Positions 9,591 through 19,346 of a DNA stretch of 64,000 nt are shown here, piece by piece. Location of the stretch: IMG/VR virus record IMGVR_UViG_3300023296_001057, positions 5,014 through 69,013 of that record. One strand, given 5' to 3'. The DNA comes from a virus. Position 1 is the stretch's first letter. Every line of letters begins with the position of its first letter. Both the position numbers and the translations under genes were made by a program. A model generated the notes under the pieces. The model was given only the letters and a program-made list of their open reading frames with translations. It was not told the origin of the DNA and did no database searches.

Positions 9591-10007
9591 TTAAACTTTC
9601 TCAACAATATATTTAAATGGATTGGATTTTGGAATTCTATAAACAGCTCCATTTGTTGTTCTTGCCACCAATTGAGTTCCGTTAAAAAATCCAAGAGTTG
9701 CGGAACACTCATTACATAGTTTTACTGAAACTCCTTCTCTCAGTTTCAGATCAAACAGAGATGGATTGTAATTATGTGTAATCGAAAATCTATCTTTGTA
9801 AATAGATTTTATGTCAAATGGAATTTCATTTTCTTTAAGAAAGTTAAGAAAATACCCAGCATCATCATCTTCTTCAAGATAAAGAGTGGTTTCATCATGC
9901 CCCGAAGATTTGCTTATCTCATTTGGGTCAGCACCTACTTTAAGAAATGTTGATTTTGGTACTCGTAGGTAACCGTGTCCTGGTGTGCTATAAAAGGAAA
10001 GTTTCAT
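9591..10007 (-). CDS. hypothetical protein
   Basis: PGHGYLRV ... YLEEDDDA motifs. Confidence 0.7.
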   Translation of the reverse strand: MKLSFYSTPGHGYLRVPKSTFLKVGADPNEISKSSGHDETTLYLEEDDDAGYFLNFLKENEIPFDIKSIYKDRFSITHNYNPSLFDLKLREGVSVKLCNECSATLGFFNGTQLVARTTNGAVYRIPKSNPFKYIVEKV

Positions 10008-10047
10008 TATTAGGTTTGTTTGGTTAGTGTTAACTCATTACACTAAT

Positions 10048-10076
10048 AATATAGTTCTTTATTTGAACAATGTCAA
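10048..10076 (-). promoter_or_regulatory. sigma70-type promoter
   Basis: TTGACA-N17-TATATT. Confidence 0.75.
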
Positions 10077-10092
10077 GTCCAATATGTAACTT

Positions 10093-10251
10093 TTAATCAA
10101 TTTCTTCTGGATCAATGAATCTTCCAGTATCACTAAGGGTATAGTATAAATCAGTTAAATATTCAATAGTATTTTCTATAGAATCCCAATCTTCATTCTC
10201 TACCGCGTACTCTAAATCATTAATGACCTTTGATAGTTCTTTTGTAATCAT
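10093..10251 (-). CDS. small acidic hypothetical protein
   Basis: 52-aa ORF MITKELSKVINDLEYAVENEDW... downstream of a TACTTATT motif. Confidence 0.5.
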   Translation of the reverse strand: MITKELSKVINDLEYAVENEDWDSIENTIEYLTDLYYTLSDTGRFIDPEEID

Positions 10252-10301
10252 AATTCGTTATTTTCTAATAAGTATATACTTTATTATTATTCCACTAAAA
10301 A

Positions 10302-10688
10302 TTAATATTTTTGTTCCTTTAAATATCTCTCGTATTGTTCAAACTTATAAGATGGATTGGATGTTTTGAAATCTTTCTTTCTCATTATTGTTTTTGCTAC
10401 TAACTTATTTCCAATCCGAACAAATGGAATGTTTAACTGATACCTATTATGTTTAACTACAAAATCTTTATATTTTGCTATAAAATCTAAGAACTTTTGT
10501 TTATGTGTTGCTAATCTTTTGAAAAATGAGATCAACTCTGAAAATGAAATTGGTTTGCCGTTTCTTGGATCTGTCACTCTATCCAAAAAGTGATGAGTAA
10601 ATGCAATATCAACAGGAGCCAACTGATTATCTGCGTATTTTTCTACTCTATCTAAATCCGATTTTGGTATCTCTGTTATAATTCTCAT
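10302..10688 (-). CDS. hypothetical protein
   Basis: FTHHFLDRV.DPRN motif; KTIMRK. Confidence 0.7.
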   Translation of the reverse strand: MRIITEIPKSDLDRVEKYADNQLAPVDIAFTHHFLDRVTDPRNGKPISFSELISFFKRLATHKQKFLDFIAKYKDFVVKHNRYQLNIPFVRIGNKLVAKTIMRKKDFKTSNPSYKFEQYERYLKEQKY

Positions 10689-11524
10689 TTAATTAAGTTT
10701 CTGTTTTTTAATTCTCTGGCAGTGTTCACCCATTTTTTACCTATAGGATTCTTCAACGGTTCACTCATAAACCTATTAATTTCTTTTTGAATTTTGGTTG
10801 GCGGTGGACCGTATTTTGTATTGTCCACAATGGTAAATGAGTTACTACCAAATAAACCTTGAAACTTACCCATGTTTTGTTGTACATCTTTCCACGTAGA
10901 TCTTACTAAACTCTCTGGCAGTACTCTATCCCTATCTTCGTTACGTTCTAATGCAACTTCTAATGATGTATTTACAAATAACATGTAGGTATCATATCCC
11001 ATCTCATCTGCTCTATCTTTTTGTTTCTTGATTTTATTATAATCCTTCCCAGTTCCATCTATAATTAATCCAAGTCTACCTGCCTCATAAAAGTTTTGTT
11101 GTTTACGTGTCAAATCTTTTGCTCTGGTTCGAATGGAATTTTTACCATTTGATATCGTATCCCATAAATCAGGATCATTTTTTTCAATATTGGCTAGCTC
11201 TTTGGGATCAATACCATATTTTTTCAATTCTCTTTCGTATGCCGTATCAGAGTTTACCGATTTTAATCCACTATGAGAAAATGACATTACATATTCTTTA
11301 TCTTTGTTTTTTTTATCTTTCTTTTTAGCAATACCGAATAGTACACTTGCCATATGAGATTTACCCGATCCTGGGCCTCCTGCTAGAAATACACATTTTA
11401 ATATTCCTGGATCATCTACACCTTCAATGATAAGTTTTAGAATGGATTCGGTTTTGAGTTGTTTTAATTCTTCACTCAATAAAGATAATTCTTCGTTTAT
11501 TGTATGTGGTAATATAATTTTCAT
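10685..11524 (-). CDS. P-loop kinase (zeta-toxin/AAA_33-like)
   Basis: FLAGGPGSGKS, IIDGTG, ALERN..R.R lid. Confidence 0.8.
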   Translation of the reverse strand: MKIILPHTINEELSLLSEELKQLKTESILKLIIEGVDDPGILKCVFLAGGPGSGKSHMASVLFGIAKKKDKKNKDKEYVMSFSHSGLKSVNSDTAYERELKKYGIDPKELANIEKNDPDLWDTISNGKNSIRTRAKDLTRKQQNFYEAGRLGLIIDGTGKDYNKIKKQKDRADEMGYDTYMLFVNTSLEVALERNEDRDRVLPESLVRSTWKDVQQNMGKFQGLFGSNSFTIVDNTKYGPPPTKIQKEINRFMSEPLKNPIGKKWVNTARELKNRNLIK

Positions 11525-11579
11525 ATTTATTAATAATTTATTTATATCTATAAATATAAGAAATTAAATTAAAACGAAT

Positions 11580-11840
11580 TTAATCTTCACCGTATAATGA
11601 GAATCGTTTGATAGGCTTTTCTACAACTACTTCTTCCGTTAGAACTACTTCCACAGTTCCCTTTCTGGCAGATAAATAAAAATCAGTGTTGCCAGTTTTT
11701 TGGTAATGATGTTCTAATGCATCGGTAAGTGATTCAAATATAGGAGATGTAGTACCCACCTGAACCCACCGATCTCCCGGTGGAGTTCTGGTCAATACTG
11801 TATTCTTTATCTCCTTTATCTCTGTTGTGTTATTAGGCAT
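11580..11840 (-). CDS. hypothetical protein
   Basis: ORF in operon context. Confidence 0.65.
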   Translation of the reverse strand: MPNNTTEIKEIKNTVLTRTPPGDRWVQVGTTSPIFESLTDALEHHYQKTGNTDFYLSARKGTVEVVLTEEVVVEKPIKRFSLYGED

Positions 11841-12048
11841 TGATAACTTTATATATCTTGCTTTCTTTAACAGAAGAAATTTTATAATCCAATTGATTAG
11901 ATGCAGAGTTCATTTCTGTCACAACTCTTGCTTCTGCTTCTGTTACTGACTGAGCATCCACTAAGTATCTTTCTTTTTGAATTTTATCTTTCATTGTACT
12001 CGTTTGTCCAACGATTACATCTACTACTGCTTCATAATATTTAACCAT
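11833..12048 (-). CDS. DUF4494-like protein
   Basis: E.YLVDA.S.TEAEARV motif. Confidence 0.65.
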   Translation of the reverse strand: MVKYYEAVVDVIVGQTSTMKDKIQKERYLVDAQSVTEAEARVVTEMNSASNQLDYKISSVKESKIYKVINA

Positions 12049-12082
12049 AACTTTTCCTTTTTTTTAGTTGTTTATTTTTAGT

Positions 12083-12658
12083 TTACCAATTGTATTCTTT
12101 TCTACTTCCTGTAAGATTCCCATTCACATTAAAACTACAGTTGTGACAAAGGAACCTTAAATTTTCAAATTTGTGGTTTCTACGATCCCCATCAATAAAA
12201 TCCAAAACCAATGCTACTTTATGATCCGTAATTCTTCGTTCGTTATATCCGCATAATGAACATTGCTCTTCCATATATCCGTTATCTATAATTACCTTCT
12301 TCAGTTTATGAACTGGATAATCTGGATATTTTCCTTGTAAAAGATCATCAATACTATATTTTCTATTTTGTGTGTACCGTTGTCCTTTAGAAATTCCTAC
12401 CCCATCAGGGTTTTTCAAATCATCAAAGATTCCATATTCTTTTGCGTATTTGGCATAGGTATTATACGAAACCCCAAGTATTCTAGATGCCTCTGCCGCA
12501 GAACGAGCTTTACTTTGAGCTTGTTTTATTTCCCATTCTGTAAGTGGTTTGAACCCTATTCCATGTTTTGCCCTACCTGGTTGAGTTGAAATACTCAAAT
12601 CTCTAGTAGCATCAAAATTAGGAAATACCTTATCTTCTTTTTTATCTTCTTTAGACAT
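12083..12658 (-). CDS. HTH plus degenerate HNH-like zinc-binding protein
   Basis: HTH SAAEASRILGVSYNTY; CSLCG...LDFIDGD..N...NLRFLCHNC (catalytic His replaced). Confidence 0.7.
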   Translation of the reverse strand: MSKEDKKEDKVFPNFDATRDLSISTQPGRAKHGIGFKPLTEWEIKQAQSKARSAAEASRILGVSYNTYAKYAKEYGIFDDLKNPDGVGISKGQRYTQNRKYSIDDLLQGKYPDYPVHKLKKVIIDNGYMEEQCSLCGYNERRITDHKVALVLDFIDGDRRNHKFENLRFLCHNCSFNVNGNLTGSRKEYNW

Positions 12659-12671
12659 CTTATACTTTTAT

Positions 12672-12881
12672 TTATTCAGTTAGAGGATCTTCTATTATTT
12701 CAGCCTCTTTGACTCTTTCGCAAAACATATATACATTTTTTCTTTTATCCTCAATGATGGTATCAGCACCTAAAAATTGTTTTAATAAATCAACAGTTTC
12801 TTTATCATCTCTATCCAATTTTTCTATCTTAATAGTTTCTTTGGGGATATATACATTTCCGTTTACTTTAAGAAATTTCAT
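12672..12881 (-). CDS. hypothetical protein
   Basis: ORF in operon context. Confidence 0.6.
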   Translation of the reverse strand: MKFLKVNGNVYIPKETIKIEKLDRDDKETVDLLKQFLGADTIIEDKRKNVYMFCERVKEAEIIEDPLTE

Positions 12882-13013
12882 TACTCATATCTTTTAAGAA
12901 TAACCTATCTTCTCTTGTTAATATATATCCATTGTTTATTTTTTCTAAAAAAATATCTATAATCTGTTTTCTACTTGTCATTTTAATAGTCATTATTTGA
13001 TTTTATGATTTGT

Positions 13014-13706
13014 TTAATATACGTCATACGTAATCTCTTTTGTATCTGTATCCAATATTAGTTTCACTGGTTTGTTCGATACTATATATCTTTCTGAAAG
13101 TTGGGAACAGTTGATGAACGTAATTTTATGAAACGATGTCTCACCATATCCACCGTGGATATGTCCGAACGCATGGACTGTTGGGCCTACTTCCAATACT
13201 CTATCCATTAAAAGTTTACAACCTAAGTGTTCAGGGGAAGATGCGTTAATTTTATCCAACATCATATAAGGTGGTCCGTGTGTAATCAATATATCAGTAT
13301 CTTCTGGTATTTTACCCCAAATAGATTTTAATTGATTTCCATCTCTTGGTAAGTTAAAAGCCCAATTATAAAATTCGGGCTGCCAAGGAGAACCATACAC
13401 CTTAATCCCATGTACAGTTGTTGATGAATCTTGTAAATAAATAACGTCTTTATAGGAGTTGATCATCATTTTCCCCAATTCTGGTTGTTGTTGAAATAAC
13501 CAATCATGGTTTCCCGCTATCATTATTTTGGTTTTATATTCTGATATGGAATTAAACCATTTTAAGAATTTATGAACTTGTGATTGTTTGCCTGTATCGG
13601 ATATATCACCTGCATGGATTAAAATATCGCCAGTTCCCAAGGATTCCGTTGATATTTCTTCATGGTATCCATGAGTATCAGATATGAAGCATATTTTTAA
13701 TTCCAT
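13014..13706 (-). CDS. metallophosphoesterase
   Basis: ISDTH, HAGD, AGNHD, THGPP, FGHIH. Confidence 0.92.
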   Translation of the reverse strand: MELKICFISDTHGYHEEISTESLGTGDILIHAGDISDTGKQSQVHKFLKWFNSISEYKTKIMIAGNHDWLFQQQPELGKMMINSYKDVIYLQDSSTTVHGIKVYGSPWQPEFYNWAFNLPRDGNQLKSIWGKIPEDTDILITHGPPYMMLDKINASSPEHLGCKLLMDRVLEVGPTVHAFGHIHGGYGETSFHKITFINCSQLSERYIVSNKPVKLILDTDTKEITYDVY

Positions 13707-13714
13707 ATGATTAT

Positions 13715-13743
13715 AATATACAAAAAATTCGAACGAATGTCAA
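13715..13743 (-). promoter_or_regulatory. sigma70-type promoter
   Basis: TTGACA-N17-TATATT. Confidence 0.75.
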
Positions 13744-14211
13744 TTAAATATGTTTTTCTTTTCGTAAGTCCATTATCAATTGAGCGTATGAATCAATTAC
13801 TTCACTATTTGTTGTATTGATATGTATAAACTTTTCAGTAGGTGGTTCGTACCACTCTATCCAATTTTTATTTCTGTTAGATGATTCAATATAAATTTCA
13901 ACCATTCGGTTTCCCATTTCCTTCTTGAATTTCTCTCTCTTTTCCTTCTGTGGAGTGATTAACGAAACTACAACATCCGTTTCATTTTTTTGAAGATATG
14001 ATGAAATCAATTGTGCGTTTTTTACTATTTCACTATTCTCTTCATCTAGTAAATTATTATAAGGAGAAACTTCATCAAGCAATTCTGCATCTATATAATA
14101 AACATCCTTCCTCCAATTTCTTCTTTCTGATTTTAAAAACTGAGCAAGTTGTTCACCTAAATCTGATCTATGCGTTCCAGGTTGACCAGTTAACCAATAT
14201 ATTTTTGCCAT
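13744..14211 (-). CDS. adenylylsulfate kinase-like protein (degenerate P-loop)
   Basis: IYWLTGQPG, VVVSLITP...R, YEPP; GKT replaced by HRS. Confidence 0.6.
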   Translation of the reverse strand: MAKIYWLTGQPGTHRSDLGEQLAQFLKSERRNWRKDVYYIDAELLDEVSPYNNLLDEENSEIVKNAQLISSYLQKNETDVVVSLITPQKEKREKFKKEMGNRMVEIYIESSNRNKNWIEWYEPPTEKFIHINTTNSEVIDSYAQLIMDLRKEKHI

Positions 14212-14214
14212 AAC

Positions 14215-14466
14215 TTATGTAATTTCTTTATATTTATTATCTACTTCTTCCCATTTATTCAATGGACAGGAATTGTCTTCTATTTTTGAGAATATTTTCT
14301 TATGGATTGGGCACCCACATTCACCACAAAATTCTATGTTCAAGTTTTCCTTTAACATTGGACAAGATTGACATATGTTATATCTCTCTTGTGCTAAATT
14401 TTGTTGTGGATTTGATGGATTGATTGAAGTAACCCAAGCAGATATTATATCTGTAAATTTATTCAT
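14215..14466 (-). CDS. small Cys-rich protein
   Basis: R..IC..C...C.ECGC......CP..KW; probable start MNKFTD. Confidence 0.65.
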   Translation of the reverse strand: MNKFTDIISAWVTSINPSNPQQNLAQERYNICQSCPMLKENLNIEFCGECGCPIHKKIFSKIEDNSCPLNKWEEVDNKYKEIT

Positions 14467-14917
14467 AAACTTTAAAACCGTTTTTAATAAACATTGTTTG
14501 GGTGTATAAATCTTCATCTTCACATTCTACGTACAATGTAGATAATTCTTCGTTTTGAAAAACATCATAAACTACATCACATATAAATTGTGTAGGAACC
14601 TCACTTGTATATTTATTTTTTTTAGAAATAAATGTATCAAAAAAGAACACAGATGAATTTAAAAAACAATACCCAATAGGAAACTCTTCCTTATAAAGTA
14701 TATATATTAAATTTTCATTTTTTACACAATCTACAATATGGTCGAAATGGAATTCCAAATCATCCTTATATTCTATATTAATCTCTGATATTAAATACTC
14801 AATATCCTCTTTTATAAGTTTTAATGTATTGGGTGTTTCAACCTTAAACGAATGAAAATTATCTTGCAATGGAGAATTATTTAAAAAATCTTCTCGTTTT
14901 AAATTAAATTTTATCAT
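14459..14917 (-). CDS. hypothetical protein, possible GNAT fold
   Basis: PIGYCF strand and C-terminal FIKNGF resemble GNAT motifs. Confidence 0.5.
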   Translation of the reverse strand: MIKFNLKREDFLNNSPLQDNFHSFKVETPNTLKLIKEDIEYLISEINIEYKDDLEFHFDHIVDCVKNENLIYILYKEEFPIGYCFLNSSVFFFDTFISKKNKYTSEVPTQFICDVVYDVFQNEELSTLYVECEDEDLYTQTMFIKNGFKVYE

Positions 14918-14950
14918 AATATTTTCTATTAAAGTTAATGATAACCTTAT

Positions 14951-15484
14951 TTAGGTGTAATATTCTCTAATATCAATACTACCTTCAACTTCATTTCCCC
15001 AAATATCCCAACCTTGCTTTCCATCCCTGCAAAACATTTCAAGTCGATTAGCACTCGGAAACCAATCTTTTATTAAATCTCGTATGAAATTAGGTTTTTT
15101 ACTGTGTTTTGAGCGTTTTTCTACCATAACACTACTTATTCTTTTATCGCTCGCAGGTGGGCTAAATTTACCTTTCTTTGCCACAATAAGTATTTCGTGC
15201 TGTCCTCTAAACCAATACCCCATTCCAATCATTTGTTTGTCCCAAACACCTTGCGTTACATAAGTAAAGCCCCAAGCATCTATAACTTTTAATGCCTCAA
15301 GTAATTTAGGAGCGGTAGCCCATAAATAAAGTACGGCATTTTTGTTTGTCATATTGTCCACAGGTAAATCGCATATTTCCTTTATGCTCATTGTTGGGTA
15401 TTGGTTTTCAATATCCCTGCTTTTACTTTTACTAAAGTCATATCGCCAAGCAGGGTCGGCATAAATTACATCGTATTTTTTCAT
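14951..15484 (-). CDS. MT-A70 family adenine methyltransferase
   Basis: IYADPAW, YPTM, LYLWAT, WGF.Y, HSKKP, LEMFCR, WGNE. Confidence 0.9.
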   Translation of the reverse strand: MKKYDVIYADPAWRYDFSKSKSRDIENQYPTMSIKEICDLPVDNMTNKNAVLYLWATAPKLLEALKVIDAWGFTYVTQGVWDKQMIGMGYWFRGQHEILIVAKKGKFSPPASDKRISSVMVEKRSKHSKKPNFIRDLIKDWFPSANRLEMFCRDGKQGWDIWGNEVEGSIDIREYYT

Positions 15485-15561
15485 CTTTCGTTATTTTAAT
15501 CCGTTCATACTACACCTAACAATGTGTAAAACGGCATTAAAACGACCGTTTACACTCAGCG
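14951..15561 (+). mobile_element. integron-type gene cassette 1 (MT-A70 MTase, antisense)
   Basis: left end TTAGGTGTA (14951) is the exact reverse complement of TACACCTAA in the attC R'' box (15511-15519); cassette ends at G|TTAGAC. Confidence 0.75.
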
Positions 15562-15567
15562 TTAGAC
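15514..15567 (+). repeat. attC-like recombination site, copy 1
   Basis: R'' ACCTAAC, inner palindrome GTGTAAAACGG/CCGTTTACAC with one extra base, R' GTTAGAC. Confidence 0.75.
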
Positions 15568-16094
15568 CAACTATGTTTCATACGCGAAACTCTATGTTTC
15601 ACTCCTAATTTGGATAACCTTCTTTTCGCTGCTTTCACATTCTCGATAGAATCATCAATAAAAAATACATCATCGTATCCATCTTTTTTTATTTTTTCCT
15701 CGATCCAATCTGCTTTATGTTGAGGATCTGCACTTCCCAACGCTACTACTTCTACATCTCTAATACCAATATCCTTTAAATATATACTTATTGGTTTTGC
15801 CTTACTTCTTGCTGTTAATATATACACACCTCTATTACCCCTTGCTCTTACCATATCTTTTAAAATTCTAGTAATCGCCTTTATTTCAGTGGGATTTTTT
15901 ATAGTATCGAATTCTCTAAAATCAAATTCATCACCTTTTCTTGGTTTATATACTGCATATTGACCAGGTGTTAGTTTACTAATATTTCCACTTTCATGGT
16001 TGACGTATATATATGAATCGGTTTTTATAAGTGTATCATCCATATCAAATACTCTTAGTTTTTTAGATTCTATAAATAAAGTTCTTGCTATCAT
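15537..16094 (-). CDS. HAD-superfamily phosphatase
   Basis: VFDMDDTL, ILTAR, K, FIDDS; C-terminal tail now encoded by the attC. Confidence 0.8.
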   Translation of the reverse strand: MIARTLFIESKKLRVFDMDDTLIKTDSYIYVNHESGNISKLTPGQYAVYKPRKGDEFDFREFDTIKNPTEIKAITRILKDMVRARGNRGVYILTARSKAKPISIYLKDIGIRDVEVVALGSADPQHKADWIEEKIKKDGYDDVFFIDDSIENVKAAKRRLSKLGVKHRVSRMKHSWSNAECKRSF

Positions 16095-16432
16095 TAATCG
16101 CTATCTGATAAATTTTCATTTTCTAAGTCTGCAAAATCTTGATAATAACATTTAAACTTATCATTACTTTTTAAATAATGAATTTCCATTTTGAGTTCAG
16201 CTAATTGAATCTCCAATGATAATATCTTTGCAGTTTGATCTCTTTTTTCTTCTGCGGAACGTTCTAGTAATGCTTCTAATTTTAATATCCGTTCTCTATA
16301 ATCGTGTTTTATATAATTATCATCATCATTTTGTCGTATGAATTTTTCCCGTACATATACCCATATCCATTTTGATGATATGATAGCTGTTAAAATTGCC
16401 ACCGTAATTTTTAATACGTCTACTAATTCCAT
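16094..16432 (-). CDS. membrane-anchored coiled-coil protein
   Basis: N-terminal TM helix then heptad-rich region. Confidence 0.6.
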   Translation of the reverse strand: MELVDVLKITVAILTAIISSKWIWVYVREKFIRQNDDDNYIKHDYRERILKLEALLERSAEEKRDQTAKILSLEIQLAELKMEIHYLKSNDKFKCYYQDFADLENENLSDSD

Positions 16433-16463
16433 TTTTATTTAATTGAGTTTTCAATGAAACTTA

Positions 16464-16762
16464 TTACGATATATACATATTAAGTTCATATGTCTTGCCC
16501 ATATTATATACTTGGAAATGAACTCCCTTCCTTGAAGGTTTCCCATTTTTTAATAATGAAACTGTAAAACTATGTGTCTTCCTTTTGATGGTCTTGATTT
16601 TGTGTAACGTCCACCTAATGAAACTTTGCTCCACCATTCGTCTTCATCTACTTCGTATCCTTTTTTCTTTACTGTCCTTAAAACATATTCCGCTATTGCT
16701 GAAAACGATTCAAAATACGTGTCACTATATTCTTCGTTTAGTAAGTTTTTTAATCGTATCAT
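16464..16762 (-). CDS. hypothetical, probable virion-internal protein (1-nt frameshift near 16580)
   Basis: MIRLKNLLNEE leader; adding one A gives ...SKGKTHSFTVSLLKNGKP...YELNMYIS*. Confidence 0.6.
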
Positions 16763-16765
16763 AAT

Positions 16766-18592
16766 TTATTTTTTAGCAATTTTCCATACAATAGAACCTA
16801 CACCCTTTGCATCCAATTTATTTAATTTTTTCTTAACATTATCGTTAGCTACATCCCAAATTTGCCCTAACAGAGAAGCCGTTTGTAAATCAACTAATAC
16901 CCCATCTATTTTTTTAGCTTGTTTAGAATTAGCGACTCGAAATATACCATTAATAGTATTGGATGGTTCTACTGCTTCATTAATAGATTCATTCTTAGCA
17001 TCCCAATTTTTATCTATATAATCAAAGAATTCTTTTTGTTTCTCGGTTGATAAGTCATCTGGTGATTCTACATCAAATTTTGATAAAACCATCTTAAAGA
17101 ACTTCTGATATTCAGTTTCTTCGTTTACAGTTGGGTCGCATTCATCACATTCTTCATCGTATGCTTCCATTACTGCTCTTTTGTCTTTCAACATTTTTTT
17201 AAGTAATTCTTTTACAATTTTACCACCAGCATCATCATACATTTTATGAGCTCTACCTTCAAATCCTTTAATGGATTCACCTGTTCTTGCAAATTGAACG
17301 TCTCCGTTGGGTGTTTGTAAATAAAATTCACCAAATCCCATATGCTTTACTTCACTGTTAGGTAATACTCCACTTGTTCTGTTAATAAAAGTAGTATCTA
17401 CATATATATCTTTTCCTTTTTTCTTAATATGCCCTTCAGATGCTTCATTGATCATTCCTTCTAATAGTCCACCTGCAATTCCACCTACTTCAAAATCTGG
17501 ATCATCTGCGTATTTCTTACTCAATAGTACAAATGATTTTCTTCCTTTCTTAATTGTCATATGTGGTATAGGAGAAAATGAAAAATCTATTTTCTTAAAT
17601 CCAGCAGCTTTCAATGGATCTCTTAATCCCATTAAATTTCCTGTTGTCTTTACTACACCTTTAATGGTTTCAATATCTTGTGCTGAAAAGTTTTCATTTA
17701 TAGATTCAGTTACTATAATAACGGGTTCATCATATCTATTAGCCCCAATAGTGTATTTTTTACTACTAGTTCCTTTTGTTACAATTAATGTCCCATCGGA
17801 TTTAGTATCAACAACCGTAAAATAATCATTTTTATTTGAACGTTTAAATCCGCTTTCGTTACCCAAATAGAAAACAGAACCCTTTTTAGCCACATCCTCA
17901 AAATCATCTAATGAATTATACTTTTTATTGGATTCATTAATAGATTCATCAATTGCCTTTGGAAATGGTGTTTTCTTAGCTATTTGATATAACTTTTCCA
18001 AATCAGCTGGATCATTTCTATCAAACTTATCAGCGTTTCTGGTTTTCTTAAAAATGGCAGACGTTTTCTTACCATCTTTTTGGAGCATGATAATTATACC
18101 CTTTCCTTTATTATACAATCGTTCGTCAAATACTGAAATGGATTCATTAATAGATTCATTCTTAGCATCCCAATTTTTATCTATGTAATCAAAGAATTCT
18201 TTTTGTTTCTCAGTTGATAGATCGTCTGGTGATTCTACATCGAATTTTGATAAAACTGTCTTAAAGAATTTTTGATATTCAGTTTCTTCGTTTACAGATT
18301 CATCCAAATCCTCTGGTTCATCTAACAATGCTTTATTGAATTTAGTTTCAGCTGTTTTAAATTTTGCGGTTTGGTTTTTAACTTCTTTATGCAGATTTAC
18401 TATTTCTTTTTTTAATTTCTCTTTTTCGTCTGCTGAAGATTTCTTAAATTTATTAACCAATTCTGTTTGTTTATCTAATAAATTTTGGAGTTTTAGTCCC
18501 TCTTGTTGATAAGATTCGGATGCTTGTTTAAATCCTTTTGATATTCCAGCCTCTACTAACTTTGTGCTGATCTTTTGTTTGAGTTTATCCAT
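16766..18592 (-). CDS. multi-domain probable internal head / prohead-core protein
   Basis: domains separated by repeated ES(I/V)NE linkers; duplicated ~50-aa module; likely start MDKLKQK downstream of TACTTATA (18628-18635). Confidence 0.7.
   Translation of the reverse strand: MDKLKQKISTKLVEAGISKGFKQASESYQQEGLKLQNLLDKQTELVNKFKKSSADEKEKLKKEIVNLHKEVKNQTAKFKTAETKFNKALLDEPEDLDESVNEETEYQKFFKTVLSKFDVESPDDLSTEKQKEFFDYIDKNWDAKNESINESISVFDERLYNKGKGIIIMLQKDGKKTSAIFKKTRNADKFDRNDPADLEKLYQIAKKTPFPKAIDESINESNKKYNSLDDFEDVAKKGSVFYLGNESGFKRSNKNDYFTVVDTKSDGTLIVTKGTSSKKYTIGANRYDEPVIIVTESINENFSAQDIETIKGVVKTTGNLMGLRDPLKAAGFKKIDFSFSPIPHMTIKKGRKSFVLLSKKYADDPDFEVGGIAGGLLEGMINEASEGHIKKKGKDIYVDTTFINRTSGVLPNSEVKHMGFGEFYLQTPNGDVQFARTGESIKGFEGRAHKMYDDAGGKIVKELLKKMLKDKRAVMEAYDEECDECDPTVNEETEYQKFFKMVLSKFDVESPDDLSTEKQKEFFDYIDKNWDAKNESINEAVEPSNTINGIFRVANSKQAKKIDGVLVDLQTASLLGQIWDVANDNVKKKLNKLDAKGVGSIVWKIAKK
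16976..17130. repeat. internal domain duplication, copy A
   Basis: encodes VNEETEYQKFFKMVLSKFDVESPDD...WDAKNESINE; near-identical to 18143-18297. Confidence 0.9.
18143..18297. repeat. internal domain duplication, copy B
   Basis: encodes VNEETEYQKFFKTVLSKFDVESPDD...WDAKNESINE. Confidence 0.9.
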
Positions 18593-18662
18593 TGTAGAAT
18601 TTTCCTTTATTAATATTTTTGTATATCTATAAGTATTAGAAAACAATAAAAAACACAATTAT

Positions 18663-19346
18663 TTAAGAAATATAATGATTGAATACCGATGTACGGAATT
18701 TATCTTCCCTATCTTTAGTGGTTTCCCATATACTATTTGATTGGTTTATTTTCGGGTTAGGTTTCAGCCAATTTTGTGGATGTGGTTGAATATACATTTT
18801 TATTTTTTTATTTATACAGTATGCGGATACCCATATATCTAACATATTTGGATAGTCTAAAAAAGCATCATAGGGAATATTTCTAACTACAGATGAATCT
18901 GTTAAACAAACTCCAGTACCTACTGCATGGATTTCTTTTTTCTCTTTTATCGCTCCACCAAAATAATAGCCTGACGTATCCCCGTGATTAAAACTTGATA
19001 TGGGAAGGGAAGGAAACACTTTACCATGTGAAGATTGAATAGTTCCTAATGTATATGTTTTTAGATTTTGCTCCACATAATCAGATGGATATAGAATATC
19101 ATCATCAACCATAAAAAAGTAGAACTCTGAATCTTTGATAAAATCCAACACTTTTATTTTTCCAGTTGCTCCACAGTTACCTTCCATATAATATGTAACA
19201 TTTTCAAATTCTGTAAATGGAACTTCAGTATAATCATTTAACCATACATGAATCTCATCTACTTGTGGAGATAGTGAATTCAACGTATCCCATAATCCTA
19301 CCTTTCTTTCTCTTTGTGATGCAACTCCTACTATTTTCTTCATCAT
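18663..19346 (-). CDS. GT-A fold glycosyltransferase
   Basis: FMVDDDILYP, GTG, DIW. Confidence 0.8.
   Translation of the reverse strand: MMKKIVGVASQRERKVGLWDTLNSLSPQVDEIHVWLNDYTEVPFTEFENVTYYMEGNCGATGKIKVLDFIKDSEFYFFMVDDDILYPSDYVEQNLKTYTLGTIQSSHGKVFPSLPISSFNHGDTSGYYFGGAIKEKKEIHAVGTGVCLTDSSVVRNIPYDAFLDYPNMLDIWVSAYCINKKIKMYIQPHPQNWLKPNPKINQSNSIWETTKDREDKFRTSVFNHYIS

Noticed and set aside
15514-15567. attC-like elements as simple terminators or REP-type repeats
   Set aside because: There is no U-tract, they lie upstream of the genes, and a terminator would not explain each element's specific complementarity to a core 500-600 bp away.
18593-18658. N-terminal extension MCFLLFS... of the 630-aa ORF
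   Set aside because: It overlaps the putative late promoter motif; Met23 (18592), preceded by AAGGA, is the more plausible start.
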